Positions 58,942 through 64,000 of a DNA stretch of 64,000 nt are shown here, one piece after another. A program made the position numbers and the translations under genes. Numbering within the stretch: position 1 is the first letter of the stretch; each line of letters starts with the position of its first letter. The notes beneath the pieces are model-generated. The model saw only the letters and a list, made by a program, of their open reading frames with translations. It ran no database searches and had not been told where the DNA came from. This stretch comes from an uncultured Gammaproteobacteria bacterium. GTDB lineage: Bacteria > Patescibacteriota > Microgenomatia > Levybacterales > UBA12049. The DNA lies in assembly GCA_964610465.1 (NCBI GenBank), contig CAZSWA010000001.1, forward strand, positions 79,023-143,022. The letters are read 5' to 3'.

Positions 58942-61242
58942 ATGTTTTGGGCAGACACACTGTTAGAAGGAAGAAAAAATAAAGAAGTCATTAATGATTC
59001 GTGGACTCCGTCTGGAATCGTCCATATGGGATCTTTGAAAGGTCCAATCATCCACGACACACTTTTCCGTATTTTAAAAGAAAGAAAACAGGAGGTTACT
59101 TTTATGTATGGGTTTGATGATATGGATCCAATTGATGGAATTCCTCCAGATCTGAAAGGTTTGTTTGAAAAATACCTTGGTATACCTATATTCCTTGCTC
59201 CATCTCCTGATGGGAAAGGTTCGTTTGGTGATTTCTACGGAAATAAAATGAAACACATTCTTGATACGTTAGATATTCATCCTGATAGATTGTATAAAAC
59301 AAGTGAAGTGTACAAAAGTGGAGAATTTGATAATGCGATTAGGTATGTATTGAATAATGCTGATGCAGTGAGAAAGGTATATGAAGAAGTGTATAAAAAG
59401 CCAATTGCAAACGATTGGTATCCATTGCAAGTTATTTGTCCAAATTGTGGAAAACTTGGAACGACAAATGTTACTGGATGGGATAGGAAAGAGGTTGCAT
59501 TTATTTGCGAAAAAAATCTTGTGCAATGGGCAGAAGGATGCGATTTTACAGGCAAAATTTCTCCTTTTAAAGGAAATGCCAAAATGCCTTGGAAAGTAGA
59601 ATGGGCTGCAAAATGGTGGACATTTGGAGTAACAATTGAAGGGGCTGGTAAAGATCATGCATCAGCAGGTGGTTCTTATGATGTTGCAATGAAACTCTGC
59701 AAAGAAGTCTTTAAAAAAGAGACACCGTTAAAGATTGCATACGAATTTTTCCTTTCAGGCGGCAAAAAAATGTCTTCTTCAAAAGGTACCGGTTTGACAG
59801 GTGAGGAACTTTTGGAAGCATTGCCACCGGAAGTAGTAAGATTTTTAATGATTAAAAATCCACCAAATCAAGCAGTTGAATTTACTCCCAGAGATACTGA
59901 TACAATACAGAATTTGTTTGATGAGTATTTTAAAGCAGCGGATACATATTATCAAAAATCAGATGAGAACTTGGCAAGAGCATTTGAACTGTCTCAAATC
60001 GGCAGTCCAAAGAGGATCCCCGCACTCCGAATGAGAGTAATTTCGCAATTAGTACAGATGCCTAACAAAGAAGAAGAAATAAGAAGAGAAGGACTGGAAG
60101 AATGGTCCCGTTTTGCCAGAGTATGGGTTGAAAAATATGCTCCTGAATCAGAAAAATTTTTGGTGCAAGAAAAAGTTCCGCAAGCTGCAAAATCACTTTC
60201 TGAGACACAAAAACACTATTTACAAACGATTGCAAATTGTATAGACAAAAATTGGAATGCGGAAGATTTTCAAAAAAAACTTTATGAATCGGCAAAAGAT
60301 TTAGGAGTTTTACCAAAAGAAGCATTTTCTGCAATTTATCTGTCTCTTATTGGGAAGGATCATGGTCCGAAAGCTGCTTGGCTCCTTTTATCCCTTGAGA
60401 AAGAGTTTATTAAAAAAAGATTCACTGAAGTTACTACAGAAAAACAAAGAGCAAGCCTTCGTCATGATGAGAGTCTGCTAAGCTCAACCGATGACCTCAC
60501 GCCGAGGGGAAGTAAGAGTCAAAAAAATGATAAACAAATTCAACTTCTCAATAAACCTGAGATATTTTCTATTGGCGTGGAGATTAAACAAAAATTTTCT
60601 TCAATTTCAGTCGGTATTGCAGTAATTAAAGGAGTAAATATACAGAAAACAAACTCGGAATTAGAAAAAGAAAAACAAGAATTATTGACTATTTTAAAGG
60701 ATTTAACAACAGAACAATTAGGTCAGTATCCTGAGATTGCGAGTTATCGAAAATTATATAAAGCAATGGGTATCGATTGGCATTCACGTCGTCCAAGTCC
60801 TGAAGCATTACTTCGGAGAATAGCCCTTAAAAAAGGATTATATACAGTTAATACATGTGTTGACGCATATAACCTTATCGTTATGAAACATCGTATCTCG
60901 GTCGGTGCTTTTGATTTAGATAGAATTGAGTTTCCCACAGGTTTACGTTTCGCAAAAAACGGTGAAGAGATACTATTACTTGGTGAACAACAACCAACAC
61001 AATATAAAGAAGGAGAAATCGCCTATTTCGATAAACAAGGTGGATACAATATAGATTTTAACTATCGTGATGCGCAACGGACAGCTGTGACAGAACAAAC
61101 AAAAAATATCTATATTAATGTTGATGGTATATATGAGATTACTACTGAGAGAGTAGAAGAAGTTTTACATGAAGCTTGCAATATAATCCTAAAATACTGC
61201 GGTGGGAAAATAGAAACTTTTGGAGTAGAAACTGGTAAATGA
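58942..61242 (+). CDS. lysS: Class I lysyl-tRNA synthetase fused to C-terminal B3/4 domain
   Basis: FWAD, TPSGIVHMGS, CPNCG, GKDH, KMSSSKG, HGPKA; C-terminal RRPSPEALLRR, VDAYN, GAFDLD. Confidence 0.93.
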   Translation: MFWADTLLEGRKNKEVINDSWTPSGIVHMGSLKGPIIHDTLFRILKERKQEVTFMYGFDDMDPIDGIPPDLKGLFEKYLGIPIFLAPSPDGKGSFGDFYGNKMKHILDTLDIHPDRLYKTSEVYKSGEFDNAIRYVLNNADAVRKVYEEVYKKPIANDWYPLQVICPNCGKLGTTNVTGWDRKEVAFICEKNLVQWAEGCDFTGKISPFKGNAKMPWKVEWAAKWWTFGVTIEGAGKDHASAGGSYDVAMKLCKEVFKKETPLKIAYEFFLSGGKKMSSSKGTGLTGEELLEALPPEVVRFLMIKNPPNQAVEFTPRDTDTIQNLFDEYFKAADTYYQKSDENLARAFELSQIGSPKRIPALRMRVISQLVQMPNKEEEIRREGLEEWSRFARVWVEKYAPESEKFLVQEKVPQAAKSLSETQKHYLQTIANCIDKNWNAEDFQKKLYESAKDLGVLPKEAFSAIYLSLIGKDHGPKAAWLLLSLEKEFIKKRFTEVTTEKQRASLRHDESLLSSTDDLTPRGSKSQKNDKQIQLLNKPEIFSIGVEIKQKFSSISVGIAVIKGVNIQKTNSELEKEKQELLTILKDLTTEQLGQYPEIASYRKLYKAMGIDWHSRRPSPEALLRRIALKKGLYTVNTCVDAYNLIVMKHRISVGAFDLDRIEFPTGLRFAKNGEEILLLGEQQPTQYKEGEIAYFDKQGGYNIDFNYRDAQRTAVTEQTKNIYINVDGIYEITTERVEEVLHEACNIILKYCGGKIETFGVETGK

Positions 61243-61916
61243 AAAAACTTCTTATCGCAACTACGAATAGTGGAAAAGTTGGAGAACTCAAAAAATTTTT
61301 ATCAGAATTACCTTTAGAGTTAGTTTCTTTAAACGATCTCCATATTACTCAAGAAATTGAAGAAGATGGGAAAACCTACGAAGATAATTCCAAAAAGAAA
61401 GCATTATATTACGCAAAATTAAGCGGATTACCTGCTGTTTCAGATGACGGAGGAATTGAAATTGCTGCATTTGGAGAAAAACCTGGAGTTCATTCCAGAC
61501 GTTGATTAGGAGAAGATGCAACTGAAAGAGATTTAATTGCTCATATGAAAAAAGTTGCAAAAGAATTGCCAAGATGATAATCGGATGCAGTTTTTAAAGT
61601 AGTTGTTACCTTTGCACTTCCATCAGGTGAATCATGGTCGGTAAAAGGAGAAATACAGGGAATGATTGCAAAAAAAACGCATTCAGACTCCTTGAGGGAT
61701 ATCCTTATCGGTCATTTTTTTTATCTGCCTGATATAAGGAAATACTATCATGAAGATGACTTAAGTGAGGAAGAAACAAAAAAATATAACCCTCGCTATA
61801 AAGCGGTTAAAAAATTACAGCCAATTGTAAAAAAATACTTAGAATTTAAGCGAATTTTTAAATCTCACCAGATTTTTTCATTATTTGGCGATATAATAAA
61901 CAATATAGAAACTTAG
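61239..61916 (+). pseudogene. rdgB: Non-canonical purine NTP pyrophosphatase (RdgB/HAM1), disrupted
   Basis: IATTNSGK, NSKKKA, DDGG, PGVHSRR, then TGA 61503-05, TGA-TAA near 61574-79 and compensating indels. Confidence 0.8.
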
Positions 61917-61940
61917 GAATCTGTTTCATCTTCTCAAAGT

Positions 61941-62807
61941 ATGACAAGAATTATTTTTATCGTTGTTATAACTGGTTTGGTAATTCTGGTGTTCATTTTA
62001 CTCTTTTTCTATGTAATAAAAGCTCGTAATGAAAAAGGCTACCTGCAAGTAACATCTCTTCCTAAAAGCAAAGTATATTTGGATGGAAAATATGTTGGGG
62101 ATACACCATTTTGCAAATGTGATGCCCAAAATACTCTCTCCACTGGAGATTATACGATACGTCTTGTCCCATCTGACAATATATTATCTGAATTTCAAGA
62201 AAAAATTAATATTTTTCCAAGTGTATTGACTGTTGTTGATAGAAAATTTGGACCCGGAGCAGAAAATGAAGGTTATATCATTTCTCTTGCTCCGCTTAGT
62301 GATAAAAAAAATATAGAGCTTCTTGTTACTTCATTCCCTGAAAAATCGGATATTTATCTAGATAATAATATGATTGGTTCAACGCCGCTTCTTCTGAAAA
62401 GTATTACTGATTCAGATCATGCATTAACACTTCGTAAGAATGGCTACAATGAAAAAACACTAAGAATCCATACCCCAAGCGGATATCAACTCAATGCAAC
62501 AGTATATTTGGGAGTTAAAAAAGATGCTGCTTCACAAGATAATGGACAAGCTGCAACTGCATCAGCATCTGTCATCATTTCTCCAACTCTTTCTCCAAGT
62601 GCAGGCGCTTCAAAAGTCGTGATATTGAATACTCCAACTGGTTTTTTACGAGTCCATGAAAATAATTCTTTAGGTTCACCTGAAATAGCACGAGTCTCAC
62701 CTGGTGATTCTTTTCCTCTTCTTGATGAACAGAACGGATGGTATGCGATAAAACTTTCTGATGGGAGCCAAGGTTGGATAAGTGCTCAATATGCAAAAAA
62801 ACAATAA
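61941..62807 (+). CDS. Membrane-anchored PEGA + SH3b domain protein
   Basis: TM; VTSLPKSKVYLDGKYVGDTP and a second PEGA repeat; FLRVH...GWY.I...GWIS. Confidence 0.88.
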   Translation: MTRIIFIVVITGLVILVFILLFFYVIKARNEKGYLQVTSLPKSKVYLDGKYVGDTPFCKCDAQNTLSTGDYTIRLVPSDNILSEFQEKINIFPSVLTVVDRKFGPGAENEGYIISLAPLSDKKNIELLVTSFPEKSDIYLDNNMIGSTPLLLKSITDSDHALTLRKNGYNEKTLRIHTPSGYQLNATVYLGVKKDAASQDNGQAATASASVIISPTLSPSAGASKVVILNTPTGFLRVHENNSLGSPEIARVSPGDSFPLLDEQNGWYAIKLSDGSQGWISAQYAKKQ

Positions 62808-62812
62808 GTGTT

Positions 62813-63769
62813 TTAGGAATAATTTGTGGAAATGAAATAAATAATTATAATTACGAGTACAACCCATAAAATAAGTGTTGCCAATAACGGTCTATCAGAA
62901 AAAATAACACGTTCTGGGCTTTCTCCTTCATTCTTCTCGTAAATATCCTGAAGATACCGCATGAGACCATAGACAACAGGAATTATCGTAAGCATAAGCC
63001 ACTTTTTTTGAAAGTAAGAAGGAAGATAATCAGGTAAGAAAATGTCATTGGATACTGTACTTGCTTTTTGACCACTTGTAAGGAATGTAAAAAGAGTATA
63101 CGAGATAAATGTTGATGTTGCAAAAATAGATGCATAGACATCAAGGAGCTTTTCTGAATAATGAGATAAAGTTTTCCTGGTAGAGGCAATTTGCGCGCCG
63201 GTATGATGTGAAATAAGAGTTAACTCCGATCGCCTTTTTCCAATTGCCAGAAAAAGAGACAAAGAAATTGTTGTAAGAAGAAGCCATACTGATATATGAT
63301 AGGTACTTACTATTTCTCCTGCATATACTCTGAGAATATATCCTCCTGCAAGTGCAAGAATATCAATGACAGTAATATCTTTCAGAAATACAGAATAAGA
63401 AAATTGGAGACCCAGGTAGACGACAGTAATAAGAAAAAAGAAAGGTGAAATATAATAACTTACAATAAGAGATAAACTGATAAATATTGTCGCAATGAGT
63501 AATGCAAGAGGAATTGGAATATCTCCGTGGGCCAGAGGACGGAATCGTTTGAATGGATGCAGTTTATCTTTCTCAATATCAAATAAATCGTTAATAACAT
63601 ATATTGCAGAAGATACTGCGCAGAATACTAAAAAACCGTAGATTACCGACGGAAGTATAGTAAAATCAAATAATTTCCCAGAAAAAGTAATTGCGGCAAA
63701 TATTGCAAAGTTTTTTACCCATTGACGCGGTCTTAATAATCTTAAAATATTACGAATCATTTTTTTCAT
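62813..63769 (-). CDS. UbiA-family decaprenyl-phosphate phosphoribosyltransferase-like protein
   Basis: RPRQWVKN, YVINDLFDIEKDKLHPFKRFRPLA, KRRSEL, GESPE. Confidence 0.9.
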   Translation of the reverse strand: MKKMIRNILRLLRPRQWVKNFAIFAAITFSGKLFDFTILPSVIYGFLVFCAVSSAIYVINDLFDIEKDKLHPFKRFRPLAHGDIPIPLALLIATIFISLSLIVSYYISPFFFLITVVYLGLQFSYSVFLKDITVIDILALAGGYILRVYAGEIVSTYHISVWLLLTTISLSLFLAIGKRRSELTLISHHTGAQIASTRKTLSHYSEKLLDVYASIFATSTFISYTLFTFLTSGQKASTVSNDIFLPDYLPSYFQKKWLMLTIIPVVYGLMRYLQDIYEKNEGESPERVIFSDRPLLATLILWVVLVIIIIYFISTNYS

Positions 63770-64000
63770 TAGTATTCATTGTTACAAAATGCAGAAAGTA
63801 CAAGCAACCTCCTACAATAACCAGTAACATTATCATAGCAAAAACTTTACTTTTGCTTTCAAGTGTTAATGAAATTATTCCTAATATAGCAGAGATAAAC
63901 CAATAAAACAATGCTACTTGTCTTTGTGAATATCCAAGTCGCAATAAAATATGGTGTAAGTGCTTATTATCACCAACAAAAGGAGATTTTTTTGCAAGAA
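63750..64000 (-). CDS. WecA/TagO (MraY-like GT4) glycosyl-1-phosphate transferase, C-terminal part
   Basis: Reverse complement reads SPFVGDNKHLHHILLRLGYSQRQV followed by TM segments; start lies outside the window. Confidence 0.85.
   Translation of the reverse strand, partial: LAKKSPFVGDNKHLHHILLRLGYSQRQVALFYWFISAILGIISLTLESKSKVFAMIMLLVIVGGCLYFLHFVTMNTNEKNDS

Noticed and set aside
61503-61505. UGA recoding (Trp/Gly, code 4 or 25) suggested by the in-frame TGA in rdgB
   Set aside because: TGA is the evident stop for rplO, cmk, rplQ and others, no other conserved gene has an internal TGA, and rdgB has further indel lesions
313-63906. Numerous short antisense or overlapping ORFs in the track (e.g. 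313-675, 4983-5510, 19352-19891, 27140-27586, 36505-36954)
   Set aside because: They lie within well-identified genes on another frame or strand and show no motifs; shadow ORFs
1-64000. CRISPR array, rRNA, transposase/integrase or prophage
   Set aside because: No regularly spaced repeats, rRNA signatures or DDE/tyrosine-recombinase motifs seen by eye

Overview
AT-rich bacterial chromosomal segment, most consistent with a Patescibacteria/CPR genome, probably Microgenomates-like. This is inferred from the absence of rpmD between rpsE and rplO, a class I LysRS, a two-subunit ATP-citrate lyase, a reduced RNase P RNA and many orphan ORFs. Genetic code 11 fits. Order of content: end of the spc/alpha ribosomal operons (rplR-rpsI); an accessory block of small and orphan genes; a SAM-I/IV-type riboswitch with metK; a divergent eukaryote-like PP2C phosphatase / Ser-Thr kinase pair; an ABC exporter; mutS-mutL-mutY; a stand-alone LigD phosphoesterase; a GH20 hexosaminidase; tRNA-Pro(GGG); recA-recX-rny; HU; rnpB; a UvrD-nuclease fusion; rmuC, tsaD and VanW; greA; aclBA; murB; an attenuator-led DIT1/PvcA isonitrile-synthase-like gene next to a class I LysRS-B3/4 fusion; a disrupted rdgB; and cell-envelope genes. 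No CRISPR array, rRNA, transposase or prophage was seen. The most interesting candidates are (i) the leader-peptide attenuator, isonitrile synthase and LysRS-B3/4 locus, (ii) the soluble kinase/PP2C pair and a shared N-terminal E-R/E-Q motif in orphan proteins (possible effector signal), and (iii) several unannotated structured leaders (rny, greA) and frequent apparently leaderless genes. All calls come from reading the sequence by eye; no database search was run.
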